DNA of 51,520 nt from an uncultured Bacteroides sp. (lineage in GTDB: Bacteria > Bacteroidota > Bacteroidia > Bacteroidales > Bacteroidaceae), in contig CAZOKL010000001.1 in NCBI GenBank assembly GCA_964580305.1, forward strand, positions 19,617-71,136, read 5' to 3'. The position numbers were made by a program, and so were the translations under genes. Below, one piece after another: positions 37,018 through 47,116 of the stretch; positions within the stretch are counted from its first letter, which is position 1; each line of letters begins with the position of its first letter. The notes beneath the pieces are model-generated. The model was not told the DNA's origin. It was given only the letters and a program-made list of their open reading frames with translations, and did not search any database.

Positions 37018-37677
37018 TCAGAACCGGACGACCTGCCCGCCGTCCGACCCGGCATATCGGCGCAGGAGTTCCTGCATGTAGCTGCCCGCTTCGTCCAGTC
37101 CTTCTTCGCCGCCATATCCGTTGATGACGGTCAGCAGGTGTGTGGTCTGGAGGGTGAGTTTGGTGCGTTCGTTGTCGCTGGTGGGAGTCCCGATGCCTCC
37201 CCGTGCATCTCGATAGACAGGCATCCCTTCGATGTTGAGCGGCCCGCGCCCGATGCCTTCGTAAGGTTCTCCGGCCTTTCCGATGCCCAGCGTGAGTGTG
37301 TCTCCCTCAATTTTGTCAGCGTCAAATCCGCCTATGGAATATCCGCTGGCGATGGATACCACGTTGATGAGGTCGACAAGTGTGTCAATTTGATAGAGTG
37401 GGTGGCCTTTCAGGATGCGTCGGCACAGAGCTTCGGCCGAAGGGCGGTAACGGCTCGGATCCTTGCCACACCGTTTGTAGGCTTCACGGGTGGCCTGGAT
37501 GGCCGGTATGGTTTTGATGGACTCGGTTGTGTAACGTTGGCGATAGTCGTGCGTGAAACGTTCGATTTCCTGCCATAGCGGTTCGCAGTAGGTCGTGTTA
37601 TGCACTTCGGCCAGTATGGCCAGCCCGCGAAATTGTGGGCAAATCTTTTTCATTTCTTCAGTAACGAGGATATTCAT
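37018..37677 (-). CDS. B3/4 domain protein (PheRS beta editing-domain-like)
   Basis: REAYKRCGKDPSRYRPSAEALCRR, LVDLINVVS, FDADKI; start at ATG 37677 supported by -7 TACTTTTG at 37716-37723. Confidence 0.85.
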   Translation of the reverse strand: MNILVTEEMKKICPQFRGLAILAEVHNTTYCEPLWQEIERFTHDYRQRYTTESIKTIPAIQATREAYKRCGKDPSRYRPSAEALCRRILKGHPLYQIDTLVDLINVVSIASGYSIGGFDADKIEGDTLTLGIGKAGEPYEGIGRGPLNIEGMPVYRDARGGIGTPTSDNERTKLTLQTTHLLTVINGYGGEEGLDEAGSYMQELLRRYAGSDGGQVVRF

Positions 37678-37882
37678 GTTTCTAAGTTTTTTGTCTAAAT
37701 GATGAATTACGTAAGCAAAAGTACGCCAAACTTGCGGATAAACGTCGCACAGGAAAGTGATTAGTGTGCAATGTGGCAATAAAATCTCTTTAAAATATGT
37801 TTTTTATACGTTCTATTAATCCGATATCCGAAAGATACATTATTTTTGCAACGCTTTACTAAGTATTTGGATTGGAATAAGA

Positions 37883-38707
37883 ATGACAGCTAATTCGTCG
37901 TTTTTGATAGACGTGGATCGGATATTGCATGCCAAGGCAGGGAAAAAGGCAAAGTATGTTCCCCGTTTTGTTGTGTCATATCTGAAACGCATCATACATC
38001 AGGATGAAATCAATGAATTTCTGATCAGTGTTGAAGGAAAAGTCGGAATTGACTTCCTGGAAGAAGGAATGCATTTCCTGGACACCAAGCTGGAGGTGAA
38101 AGGTTTGGAAAACCTTCCAGACGACCATCGCTTTTACACGTTCGTAAGCAATCACCCGCTGGGTGGTCAGGACGGAGTAGCATTGGGTTATCTGTTGGGC
38201 AAGCATTATAACGGCAAGATTAAATATCTGGTCAATGACCTCCTGATGAATCTCAAAGGATTGGCACCCCTCTTCATTCCTATCAACAAGACCGGCTCCC
38301 AAGCAAGGGATTTTCCTCAGATGGTGGAAGCCGGATTTAGTTCAGACAATCATATCATCATGTTCCCGGCAGGACTGTGCTCACGTCGGCAGAAGCACGG
38401 AGTCATTCGTGACTTGGAGTGGAAGAAAGCTTTCATTGTGAAGAGTGTGCAGCATCAGCGTGATGTCGTGCCCATTCATTTCGAGGGACGCAATTCCGAC
38501 TTTTTCTACAATCTGGCTAATGTCTGCAAAGTCTTAGGTATTAAATTCAACATAGCCATGCTTTATCTGGCCGATGAGATGTTTAAGAATCGGCATAAGA
38601 CGTTCCGTGTGACCATTGGCAAGCCTATCCCCTGGCAAACTTTCGACAAAACAAAAACAGCAACCGAGTGGGCGGAATACGTAAAGACGATTGTCTATAA
38701 CTTGTAA
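37883..38707 (+). CDS. glsA: PlsC-family O-acyltransferase, probable glycine-lipid GlsA
   Basis: NHPLGGQDG (HxxxxxD) and FPAG motifs; paired with a GNAT N-acyltransferase and followed by dgt/dut as recalled for Bacteroides; -7 TATTTTTG at 37841-37848. Confidence 0.75.
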   Translation: MTANSSFLIDVDRILHAKAGKKAKYVPRFVVSYLKRIIHQDEINEFLISVEGKVGIDFLEEGMHFLDTKLEVKGLENLPDDHRFYTFVSNHPLGGQDGVALGYLLGKHYNGKIKYLVNDLLMNLKGLAPLFIPINKTGSQARDFPQMVEAGFSSDNHIIMFPAGLCSRRQKHGVIRDLEWKKAFIVKSVQHQRDVVPIHFEGRNSDFFYNLANVCKVLGIKFNIAMLYLADEMFKNRHKTFRVTIGKPIPWQTFDKTKTATEWAEYVKTIVYNL

Positions 38708-38724
38708 TTGAAAAATCAATATAT

Positions 38725-39711
38725 ATGGAAGAAATTATCGCACCGATAGCGAAAGAAGTTTTGAAGTCAGAGCTTACGGAAGACAAAAGGCTTCGCTTTA
38801 CAAACAGGAGCAACAATGAAATCTACATAGTTACGTATCAAGATTCGCCAAATGTGCTGCGTGAGATTGGACGTTTGCGCGAGATTGCGTTTCGCATGGC
38901 CGGAGGAGGAACGGGCAAGTCGCTTGATCTCGATGAGTATGACACTATGGAGAACCCTTACAAGCAGTTGATTGTTTGGAATCCCGAAGCCGAGGAACTT
39001 ATCGGAGGCTATCGCTACTTGAAAGGCACTGACGTGGAATTTGACGAGAATGGTCAACCACGCTTGGCCACAGCGCATATGTTTCACTTCTCGGATACGT
39101 TTATCAAAGACTATCTGCCCACGACCATTGAGTTGGGGCGTTCTTTCGTCACTTTGGAATATCAGTCGACAAGAGCCGGTTCGAAGGGGTTGTTTGCACT
39201 TGATAATCTGTGGGATGGATTGGGAGCGCTTACCGTCGTGATGCCCGAGGTGAGATATTTCTTTGGAAAGGTGACCATGTATCCTTCTTACAGTCACTTC
39301 GGACGTGACATGATTCTTTACTTCCTTAATAAACATTTTGCCGACAAGGACAACCTCATCACTCCCATGAAGCCTCTGATGCTTGAAACAGACCCGAGGC
39401 TGCTGGAAAAGATTTTCTGCAAGGACAAGTTTAAGGAAGATTATAAAATTCTGAACACCGAAGTGCGTAAGCTGGGATATAACATCCCACCGTTGGTGAA
39501 CGCTTACATGGGACTGTCGCCCACGATGCGCATGTTTGGCACAGCCATTAATTATGGTTTCGGCGATGTGGAGGAGACGGGTATCCTTATAGCTGTGGAC
39601 GAGATTCTGGAGGAAAAGCGCATCCGGCATATCGAGTCGTTTGTTAAGCAACACCCTGAGGCGCTGAAAATTACTTCGGGAGCTAACAAAGTGATTTATA
39701 AAGCTAACTAA
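38725..39711 (+). CDS. glsB: GNAT-family N-acyltransferase, probable glycine-lipid GlsB (often annotated hemolysin)
   Basis: EIGRLREIAFR..GGG, IGGYR, IELGRSFV..EYQ, LWDGL, IPPLVNAY: OlsB-like fold motifs. Confidence 0.78.
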   Translation: MEEIIAPIAKEVLKSELTEDKRLRFTNRSNNEIYIVTYQDSPNVLREIGRLREIAFRMAGGGTGKSLDLDEYDTMENPYKQLIVWNPEAEELIGGYRYLKGTDVEFDENGQPRLATAHMFHFSDTFIKDYLPTTIELGRSFVTLEYQSTRAGSKGLFALDNLWDGLGALTVVMPEVRYFFGKVTMYPSYSHFGRDMILYFLNKHFADKDNLITPMKPLMLETDPRLLEKIFCKDKFKEDYKILNTEVRKLGYNIPPLVNAYMGLSPTMRMFGTAINYGFGDVEETGILIAVDEILEEKRIRHIESFVKQHPEALKITSGANKVIYKAN

Positions 39712-39728
39712 GATTTAATAGATAAAGG

Positions 39729-39778
39729 ACGACGGACAGTCAGCCCTCTGATGGAGGACTGGCTGTCCGTCGTTTTTT
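39729..39778. terminator. Intrinsic terminator between convergent glsB and dgt
   Basis: ACGACGGACAGTCAGCCCTC / GAGGACTGGCTGTCCGTCGT stem followed by a T-tract. Confidence 0.85.
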
Positions 39779-41108
39779 ATACGGCCGGCAGACTGTTGCC
39801 GTTGATTTTACGGAAGAGGTCGAGGGCATAGATGTCTGTCATGCCTGACAGATAGTCAAGCACAGCCTGGATGCGACCGTAGAGCGTCGGAGCGTGCACG
39901 TCATACTGCTCCGACACGCGGTTAATGAGCAGTTGCGAGTAGGCTTTTTCGGGCGATATGACGGCTTCTATGAGCAAGTCGAGCAGGGTCATGATGATTT
40001 TGAAGCCGGCCAACTCGATGTCGACCACATCCTTTGAACGATAGATTTTCTCATACGCTTTGCGTGAACAGGCTTCGTAGGCCTCCTTCACCGGAGAGTT
40101 GATGCGCTCCGTGAGACATCCGTGGAAGGTGCCGGCGAGCAACTCCTCTTCGTGTGCGACAAAGGCTTGCGTGCATTCCTTCACCAGAGTGCCGATGACC
40201 GACGAGCGAAGGTAGGCCACTTGCTCGTTTACATCCTTCACCATGTGGCAGATGCCGGAAATGTGCTCCCGCTTCTTTCCCTCGAAGAATCCCAAGAATA
40301 GTTGACGTATTTCCTCCGTGCTCACCAGTTTCAGCTTGTGTGCATCTTCCATATCCATCACCTGATAGCAGATGTCATCGGCCGCTTCCACCAGATAGAC
40401 CAACGGGTGGCGGACGTAGCGGAGCGGTTCGCCTTCGCGGCTCAGCTGAGTCAGGCCGAGTTCGTCGGCAATGCGCCGGAAGTCGTTCACTTCACTGCTG
40501 AAGAATCCGAACTTCATCTTTTCGCCTGCCAGGGTGGAGACATACGGGTATTTCACAATGGAAGCCAGTGTGGAGTATGTCATGACGAAGCCTCCCTGCC
40601 GACGGCCTCTGAACTGGTGGGTGAGCAGGCGGAAGGCATTGGCGTTTCCTTCGAAATGTATCAGGTCTTGCCATTCGATTTCCGACAGTTTTTCTCGCAG
40701 TTGCAGCCCGTTTCCTTCGGAGAAGTAGGTGCCGATGGCACGTTCGCCCGAGTGCCCGAAAGGCGGATTTCCCATGTCATGGGCCAGGCAGGCGGCTGAC
40801 ACGATGGCACCGATTTCCGACAGATGGCTGTCGCATAGTTCGGGATGGAGCTTGAGCAGCTGTTTGGCAGAGTCGTTGCCCAGCGAACGTCCCACGCACG
40901 ACACCTCCAGACTGTGAGTCAGACGGTTATGTACGAAGACGCTGCCCGGCAGGGGGAACACCTGTGTCTTGTTCTGCAGGCGACGGAAGGGAGCGGAGAA
41001 AATCAGCCTGTCATAGTCGCGCTGGAACTCCGTGCGGTCGTCTTTTCGCTTTGCATGGAGCTCTTCCAAGCCGAACCGTTTGTTTGATAAGAGTTGTTTC
41101 CAGTTCAT
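39777..41108 (-). CDS. dgt: Deoxyguanosinetriphosphate triphosphohydrolase (HD family)
   Basis: FQRDYDR, FRRLQNKTQVF, RLTHSLEV, AHDMGNPPFGHSGE, FEGNA, EAADDICY; -7 TAACTTTG at 41137-41144. Confidence 0.95.
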   Translation of the reverse strand: MNWKQLLSNKRFGLEELHAKRKDDRTEFQRDYDRLIFSAPFRRLQNKTQVFPLPGSVFVHNRLTHSLEVSCVGRSLGNDSAKQLLKLHPELCDSHLSEIGAIVSAACLAHDMGNPPFGHSGERAIGTYFSEGNGLQLREKLSEIEWQDLIHFEGNANAFRLLTHQFRGRRQGGFVMTYSTLASIVKYPYVSTLAGEKMKFGFFSSEVNDFRRIADELGLTQLSREGEPLRYVRHPLVYLVEAADDICYQVMDMEDAHKLKLVSTEEIRQLFLGFFEGKKREHISGICHMVKDVNEQVAYLRSSVIGTLVKECTQAFVAHEEELLAGTFHGCLTERINSPVKEAYEACSRKAYEKIYRSKDVVDIELAGFKIIMTLLDLLIEAVISPEKAYSQLLINRVSEQYDVHAPTLYGRIQAVLDYLSGMTDIYALDLFRKINGNSLPAV

Positions 41109-41195
41109 AGTGTGGTGTGCATCATTGGTCTGTCGGCAAAGTTACGATTTTCGTCCTATTTTCCCTCTGTTGTGGCCAAGGATTCGGGCCGACCG

Positions 41196-41275
41196 CGGAA
41201 AGGAGGCCGGGCGAGGACGGAATAGAGGGTAGCCGACCACGGAAAGGAGGGCGCGTTTGGGCGGAGTAAAGCCCG
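41196..41275 (+). repeat. 22-bp periodic tandem array E (4 units)
   Basis: Cores at 41196 CGGAAAGGAGGCCG, 41218 CGGAATAGAGGGTA, 41240 CGGAAAGGAGGGCG, 41262 CGGAGTAAAGCCCG. Confidence 0.92.
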
Positions 41276-41412
41276 TCCGCGGACTTTGCCGGAAGCGGGT
41301 CGTGGCATTCGGAGTTTTTGGAACAGGCTCTTAAATTATTGAAAATCTTTCCTCCTATGTTTCCCGAAATACCTATATTCGCATAATAATAGAATCTCTT
41401 TAAACTTAACTT

Positions 41413-41847
41413 ATGAACGTACAAATCATCAATAAGTCAAAACATCCCTTGCCCGCCTATGCCACTGCACTGTCGGCCGGTATGGATTTGCGTGCCAATC
41501 TGGATGCCCCCATCGTGCTGAAACCTTTGCAGCGTTGCCTGGTGCCGACGGGGCTTTACATTGCCTTGCCTGAAGGCTATGAGGCGCAAGTGCGTCCGCG
41601 CAGTGGTTTGGCCATCAAAAAAGGAATCGGGGTGCTTAATGCTCCGGGCACTATTGATGCTGACTATCGGGGTGAAATCTGTGTCATTCTGGTCAATCTT
41701 TCGTCGGAAGACTTCGTGGTGGAAGACGGCGAGCGCATCGCCCAGATGGTGGTGGCACGCTACGAACAGGTGCATTGGAGCGAAGTGGACGTGCTTGACG
41801 ACACCGAACGCGGAGCCGGAGGATTCGGCCACACGGGAAAGGAGTGA
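41413..41847 (+). CDS. dut: dUTP diphosphatase
   Basis: All five motifs: [36 protein letters not shown]. Confidence 0.97.
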   Translation: MNVQIINKSKHPLPAYATALSAGMDLRANLDAPIVLKPLQRCLVPTGLYIALPEGYEAQVRPRSGLAIKKGIGVLNAPGTIDADYRGEICVILVNLSSEDFVVEDGERIAQMVVARYEQVHWSEVDVLDDTERGAGGFGHTGKE

Positions 41848-41849
41848 GG

Positions 41850-43664
41850 ATGAAGGTAATAAATTCGTGGACTATGAAACTGACAACTGCCCTTATGATA
41901 CCTCCGTTGCACGGTGTTTCCCTCTGTGCCGTGTGTTGCGTGTTGATGTTGGCCGCCTCCTGCAAGTCGGTGTCGCAGACCATCGCACCGTTGGGCAAGG
42001 CAACAATCTCGGAAATGCCGCTGACAGACGACGAGGAACGAAAGTTCGAATATTTCCTCATCGAGGCCTCCCGCCTGAAACTGGCCGGTAACTACGACGC
42101 AGCACTTGAAATGTATGAACACTGTCTGAGCATCGACTCCACATCGGCCACGGTGCTTTATGAGATGGCTTCCTTCTACACTGTGATGGGGCTTAAACAG
42201 AAAGCCGAGGCTTGTTTCGAGCGAGCCGTCGAGCTGAATCCTGATAATTTTTGGTACAAACAGACACTGGCAGCCTTTTATCAACAGAGCGGACAAATAG
42301 ACAAGGCGATTGCTGTCTACGAGGCGATGGCTTCACAATTTTCCCAGCGTAGCGAGTCGCTGATGACGCTCGTCGCGCTCTATGGGGAGAAGGAAGACTA
42401 TCCGAATGTGATTCATGCGCTTGACCGCCTGGAGGTGAAGGAAGGAAAGTCTGAACAGTTTTCGATGCAAAAGTTCCGCATCTATCTTCAGATGGACAGC
42501 ACGGCACGTGCTTTCCGGGAGATAGAAGGACTGGTGAAGGAATATCCGAACGACACCCGTTACAAGCTGATTTTGGGCGGTGTCTATCTGGACAACAACC
42601 GGCTGGACGATGCCTACCACACTATCTGTGAAGTGTTGAGCGAGGAACCAGACAATGCGCAGGCGCAACTTGCCGTGGCTTCTTACTACCAACGTGCAGG
42701 CAACGACTCTTTATACAATGTGAACCTGAACAAGGCACTTCTCAATGAAAAACTCGACACACCCACGCGCCTTGACATTATGCGCCAGCTCATCATCGAT
42801 GCCGAACAGGTTGGTGACACACTCCGTGTGATGGATATGTTTCGCAAGGTCATCCCCCTTGAACAGGAAGTGGCCGACTTGAGCATGCTTTGTGCACAAT
42901 ACATGATTACGAAGAAGATGCCTGAAGACCGCATCAAGCGCGTGTTGAACCACATCCTCAAGATAGAGCCCGACAACACGGTGGCTCGTTTGCAACTGTT
43001 GAGTTATGCCGTGAAGGAGAATGATTATGAGGATGCCATTGCCATCTGTCGTCCGGCCTTGGAATACAATCCGGAGGTCATCGAGTTCTATTATTATCTG
43101 GGCATATCCTACTATCAGGCTGGGAGCAAAGACGATGCACTCACCACCTTCCAGAAAGGTGTGAAGCAAGCCACTGAAAAGAGCGACAAGAATATCATTT
43201 CAGACTTCTATCAGATGATTGGTGATTTATATCATGAGAGGAAGGAAGACACGCTGGCCTATGCAGCATACGACTCGTCATTGGTGTACAATCCTGCCAA
43301 CATCGTGACTCTGAACAATTATGCTTATTTCCTATCTCTCAAGCGCAAAGACCTTGATCGTGCCGAGGAGATGAGTTATAAGACGGTCAAGGCCGAGCCG
43401 CAGAACAGCACTTACCTTGATACGTATGCTTGGATTCTCTTTGAGAAGGGACGCTACACGGAAGCCAAACTCTACATTGACGACGCCATAAAGAACGAAA
43501 AAACACCCAGTGCTACAGTGACGGAACACTGTGGTGACATCTATTACATGACGGGTGACGTGGAAAAAGCGTTGGAATATTGGCAGAAGGCTTTGAAAAT
43601 GGACGACAACGAATCAAAGACACTCGAGCGCAAGATTAAACTGAAAAAATACATTGCCGAATGA
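41850..43664 (+). CDS. TPR-repeat lipoprotein (start uncertain, 41850 or 41874)
   Basis: LAASC lipobox; many TPR units; LNNYAYFL and YLDTYAWILF motifs. Confidence 0.88.
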   Translation: MKVINSWTMKLTTALMIPPLHGVSLCAVCCVLMLAASCKSVSQTIAPLGKATISEMPLTDDEERKFEYFLIEASRLKLAGNYDAALEMYEHCLSIDSTSATVLYEMASFYTVMGLKQKAEACFERAVELNPDNFWYKQTLAAFYQQSGQIDKAIAVYEAMASQFSQRSESLMTLVALYGEKEDYPNVIHALDRLEVKEGKSEQFSMQKFRIYLQMDSTARAFREIEGLVKEYPNDTRYKLILGGVYLDNNRLDDAYHTICEVLSEEPDNAQAQLAVASYYQRAGNDSLYNVNLNKALLNEKLDTPTRLDIMRQLIIDAEQVGDTLRVMDMFRKVIPLEQEVADLSMLCAQYMITKKMPEDRIKRVLNHILKIEPDNTVARLQLLSYAVKENDYEDAIAICRPALEYNPEVIEFYYYLGISYYQAGSKDDALTTFQKGVKQATEKSDKNIISDFYQMIGDLYHERKEDTLAYAAYDSSLVYNPANIVTLNNYAYFLSLKRKDLDRAEEMSYKTVKAEPQNSTYLDTYAWILFEKGRYTEAKLYIDDAIKNEKTPSATVTEHCGDIYYMTGDVEKALEYWQKALKMDDNESKTLERKIKLKKYIAE

Positions 43665-44518
43665 AAGCTCTGACGATATGGAAGACGGGGCTGCTCATGG
43701 CGCTGACGGTGGGACTGCTTGCCGGATGTCGTTCCTCACGCCTGCCGGCAGAGAAGTCGCCGGAAATGACAACCGTCAGTGATTTGGAACATGTGGAGCG
43801 GGTCATCGCACAAGTGCCCCAGACCGAATGCGTGAATGCCAAGATGCACTTTTCATTGCAGTTGGGCAGCAAAGATTTCTCGATAGGTGGCAATCTTCGC
43901 ATGAAGAAGGACGACGTCATCCAGCTTTCTCTCGTGGGTTTCGGCATTATTGAGGGCGGTCGCATTGAGTTCACGCGTGATTCTGTGTTGCTTGTTGACC
44001 GCATTCATCACCAATACGTTTCCGTTGCTTATCGTGACGTGCATTTCCTGCGTGAGGCACAGGTCGATTTTTACACGCTTCAGTCTCTTTTCTGGAATGA
44101 ACTGGTATTGCCGGGTTTGCCCCAGGTGACACAGGCTGAGGCTTCTGACTTTGAGGTGACACATGAAAAGGAAAACACCGTGCTTTCCGCTAGACGGACG
44201 AACCGTCGTTTGGCCTATCGCTTCGTGACTTCCCTGGCCACCGGTTTGCTGGAACAGACGGTGATAAGTTCCGCTTCCGGCAGCGCACTGAAGTGGAGTT
44301 ATGGTGATTTTGTCGACTTGGCCGGAGCGAAATTCCCCTCGCTTCAGAAAGTGGAACTTTCCGGGATGCATGTACCTGCCGTGATGACCATTTCTCTGAA
44401 CCGCATCGCGACAGATGGTGGTTGGGCCACACGCACACAGGTGTCCAAACGTTATCGGCGCATCAGTGGCGACGAGTTTATCAAGATGTTGATGCAAATG
44501 CAAAGTCTCGGCCTATGA
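43661..44518 (+). CDS. DUF4292-like lipoprotein
   Basis: LAGC lipobox, LRMKKDDVIQLS, DFYTLQSLFWN; ATGA overlaps at both ends. Confidence 0.8.
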   Translation: MKALTIWKTGLLMALTVGLLAGCRSSRLPAEKSPEMTTVSDLEHVERVIAQVPQTECVNAKMHFSLQLGSKDFSIGGNLRMKKDDVIQLSLVGFGIIEGGRIEFTRDSVLLVDRIHHQYVSVAYRDVHFLREAQVDFYTLQSLFWNELVLPGLPQVTQAEASDFEVTHEKENTVLSARRTNRRLAYRFVTSLATGLLEQTVISSASGSALKWSYGDFVDLAGAKFPSLQKVELSGMHVPAVMTISLNRIATDGGWATRTQVSKRYRRISGDEFIKMLMQMQSLGL

Positions 44519-45765
44519 AGAAGTGGTGGCTGTCAGTCTGTTTGTTATGCATGGCGTTGTCCCTGTCGGCACAAACCAACAGCAAGATTAGGGAGTTGCA
44601 AACTCAGCGCGGGTCTTTGATGAAGGAGATTTCCGCTTCGGAAAAGATGTTGCTTTCGACACGGAAAGACGTGCGCAGTCTGCTGAACGACCTCAATGTG
44701 CTGACCGGGCAAATCGAGCAGCGCAAGAAACTGATAGCAACCATCGAACGTGACGTGAAGACATTGGATGCCGAACTGAACACGCTCCATGCCCAACTGG
44801 ACGATTTGCGTAAGCAGCTTGCCGACCGGGAGGACAAGTATGCAGCTTCGCTCCGATATAGTTACCGTAATCGTTCGGTGCAGGACAAACTGATGTTCAT
44901 ATTTTCGGCAGAGAATCTTGCACAGACCTATCGCCGTCTGCGCTATGTGCGTGAGTATGGTGACTTTCAGCGTCGGCAGGCTGAGGACATCATGCGTCGT
45001 CAGAAAGACATCGAGGTAAAGCAGAGCGAACTGCGCGAGGTGCGTATCGAACAGAGCGGCTTGATCGACCTCCAGACAGCTGAGCTCGCCAAATTGAGAG
45101 CGCAAGAGAAGAGTCAACAGACTCTCGTTGCCGACTTGCAGCGCAAACAGAAGAGTCTGCAAAGCGAATTGACTAAGAAACGTCGTGAGGCCGATCGCCT
45201 GAATGCACAGATTGACCGCCTGATTGAGGCGGAGATTGCGTCTGCAAAAAAGGAGAGCGCGGATAAAGCTGCGTCAGCAAAGAGTAAGACATCCTCATCT
45301 GCCAGGACTGCCCCTATGGAGACTTATAAGGTGGATGCGGACAACCGTAATCTGTCAACCGTCTTCGAACGTAACAAAGGCATTCTTCCCGTTCCCATCA
45401 CAGGGCCTTATCTCATCGTGGAGCACTATGGCCGCCACAATGTGCCCGGTATGCGTTATGTTGCGCTTGACAACAAAGGCATCGACATCAAGGGACAGGC
45501 TGGAGCGCAGGCACGTGCGATTTTCGACGGTGAGGTGTCTGCCGTGTTCCAATATAACGGGATGACCAATGTGCTGGTACGTCATGGGAGTTACATCTCT
45601 GTCTATTGCAATCTTTCGTCGACTAGCGTGAAACGCGGTCAGAAAGTGAAGGCACGCGATCCGCTCGGTCGTGTGGCCGACGACGGTTCGGGCAACATCA
45701 TTCTTCACTTCCAGCTTCGCAAAGAGACGGCGAAGTTGAATCCCGAAGCTTGGATAAAAGGGTGA
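44515..45765 (+). CDS. EnvC-like murein hydrolase activator (coiled coil plus degenerate M23 domain)
   Basis: Signal peptide MKKWWLSVCLL, long coiled coil, NKGIDI and LHFQLR; start at ATG 44515 overlapping the previous stop. Confidence 0.87.
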   Translation: MKKWWLSVCLLCMALSLSAQTNSKIRELQTQRGSLMKEISASEKMLLSTRKDVRSLLNDLNVLTGQIEQRKKLIATIERDVKTLDAELNTLHAQLDDLRKQLADREDKYAASLRYSYRNRSVQDKLMFIFSAENLAQTYRRLRYVREYGDFQRRQAEDIMRRQKDIEVKQSELREVRIEQSGLIDLQTAELAKLRAQEKSQQTLVADLQRKQKSLQSELTKKRREADRLNAQIDRLIEAEIASAKKESADKAASAKSKTSSSARTAPMETYKVDADNRNLSTVFERNKGILPVPITGPYLIVEHYGRHNVPGMRYVALDNKGIDIKGQAGAQARAIFDGEVSAVFQYNGMTNVLVRHGSYISVYCNLSSTSVKRGQKVKARDPLGRVADDGSGNIILHFQLRKETAKLNPEAWIKG

Positions 45766-45889
45766 AGTCTTCCAGACGCGTGTTTTTATTGACTCTACCC
45801 GTATTTACACCATAGAAAATTGGCTGCATGTCACTCATTGTGTTGATGAGTGCATCTCATGTGATTTATTATATCTTGTTTGCCAGTCG

Positions 45890-47116
45890 TTAGAGTAATC
45901 TGCGGCTAAGGTGGCGGACAGGATACCATACAGCAAGGAATCCCACGGCGATAACGGTGACGAATATTACAAGAATGTCGATTGCATGGACGCTCACCGG
46001 ATAGGCGTCGACAACAAAGCTGTCTGCCGAAGTGCCAAGTGTGAGCAATCCGAAACGTTGCTGTGCATAGCAGAGAGCCAGTCCGGCAAGGATGCCGGCC
46101 ACGGCGCCTAAAAAGGAGATCATGCGCCCTTCAAACAGGAAAATGCGTATGATAAGCCGGTCGTCGGCTCCCAAGCTGCGCAGGGTGGCCACATCAGCTT
46201 TCTTGTCGATGATGAGCATGGAGAGCGAGCCGATGACGTTGAAGCAGGCAATCAGCAAGATAAATGTAAGAAAAAGGTAGGCGATGAGTTTCTCTATTTC
46301 CATGATGCGGAAAACATCGGCTTGTTGTTCGTAGCGGTCGGCCACGGTGAAGTCTGGGCCCATGATTTCACTTATCTTTTCTTTTGTCCGGGCCATGTCG
46401 GTGCCCGGCTTGAGTTTCAGTTCGACGGCCGAGACTTCCGTATCATAGTCAAACAGCTGTCGGGCGAAGTCAAGTGACACGAGGATGTAAGAGTCGTCAT
46501 ACTTCTGTTGGTTGACGATAAAAACCACTCCCGGTGAATAGAGATAGCTTCGGTTGAAGCTGGTTGCGGGATTAGCCATATTGACACGCGCCTTGCGTTT
46601 GGGGACATACACTTCCCAAGGGTCGACAAAAGCGATGCCGGAGCCCAGTATGGAGGTGAGTTGTATGCCGGGGATGCCATAGTTGACCACTTCGTCGCGG
46701 AGCATGAAATGACCATGGCCGTAAAGGATGCTGTCAATGTCTGTGAGTTGTTCAAAGTTATCCTCCACCCCTTTGAGTGTCACCATCGCCTGCTTGCCTT
46801 TGTATTGCACCATCGCATTGTCTTCCAGCGAACAAGAAAACACATCTACTTCGGGCAGCAAACGCACTTGAGCGAGACGCTTGTCTTGCGAATCAAACAC
46901 TTTGCCCTGACGCACGGTGATTTTCAGTTCTGGGTCGAAGGTGGTGAAGAAACTTGCCACCAAGTCTTGGAAGCCGTTAAAAACGGATAACGTGCACACC
47001 ATAGCCAGTGTGGCAAGAGCCACACCGCACACAGAGATGCCCGAAATGATGTTGATGGCATGGTGCGATTTCTTCGAGAAGAGGTAACGCTTGGCGATGT
47101 AGAGAGGCAGGTTCAT
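45890..47116 (-). CDS. FtsX-like / LolC-E family ABC permease
   Basis: IAKRYLFSKK, LSVFNGF, large periplasmic domain, three C-terminal TMs, LRSLGA..IFLFEG. Confidence 0.87.
   Translation of the reverse strand: MNLPLYIAKRYLFSKKSHHAINIISGISVCGVALATLAMVCTLSVFNGFQDLVASFFTTFDPELKITVRQGKVFDSQDKRLAQVRLLPEVDVFSCSLEDNAMVQYKGKQAMVTLKGVEDNFEQLTDIDSILYGHGHFMLRDEVVNYGIPGIQLTSILGSGIAFVDPWEVYVPKRKARVNMANPATSFNRSYLYSPGVVFIVNQQKYDDSYILVSLDFARQLFDYDTEVSAVELKLKPGTDMARTKEKISEIMGPDFTVADRYEQQADVFRIMEIEKLIAYLFLTFILLIACFNVIGSLSMLIIDKKADVATLRSLGADDRLIIRIFLFEGRMISFLGAVAGILAGLALCYAQQRFGLLTLGTSADSFVVDAYPVSVHAIDILVIFVTVIAVGFLAVWYPVRHLSRRLL

Noticed and set aside
39777-41847. dgt plus dut as an anti-phage nucleotide-depletion system
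   Set aside because: Divergent pair in a core Bacteroides-type neighbourhood with host-like composition and no defence-island context.
45832-45852. CACTCAT/ATGAGTG hairpin between convergent envC-like and permease genes
   Set aside because: Short AT-rich stem without a clear U-tract; too weak to call a terminator.
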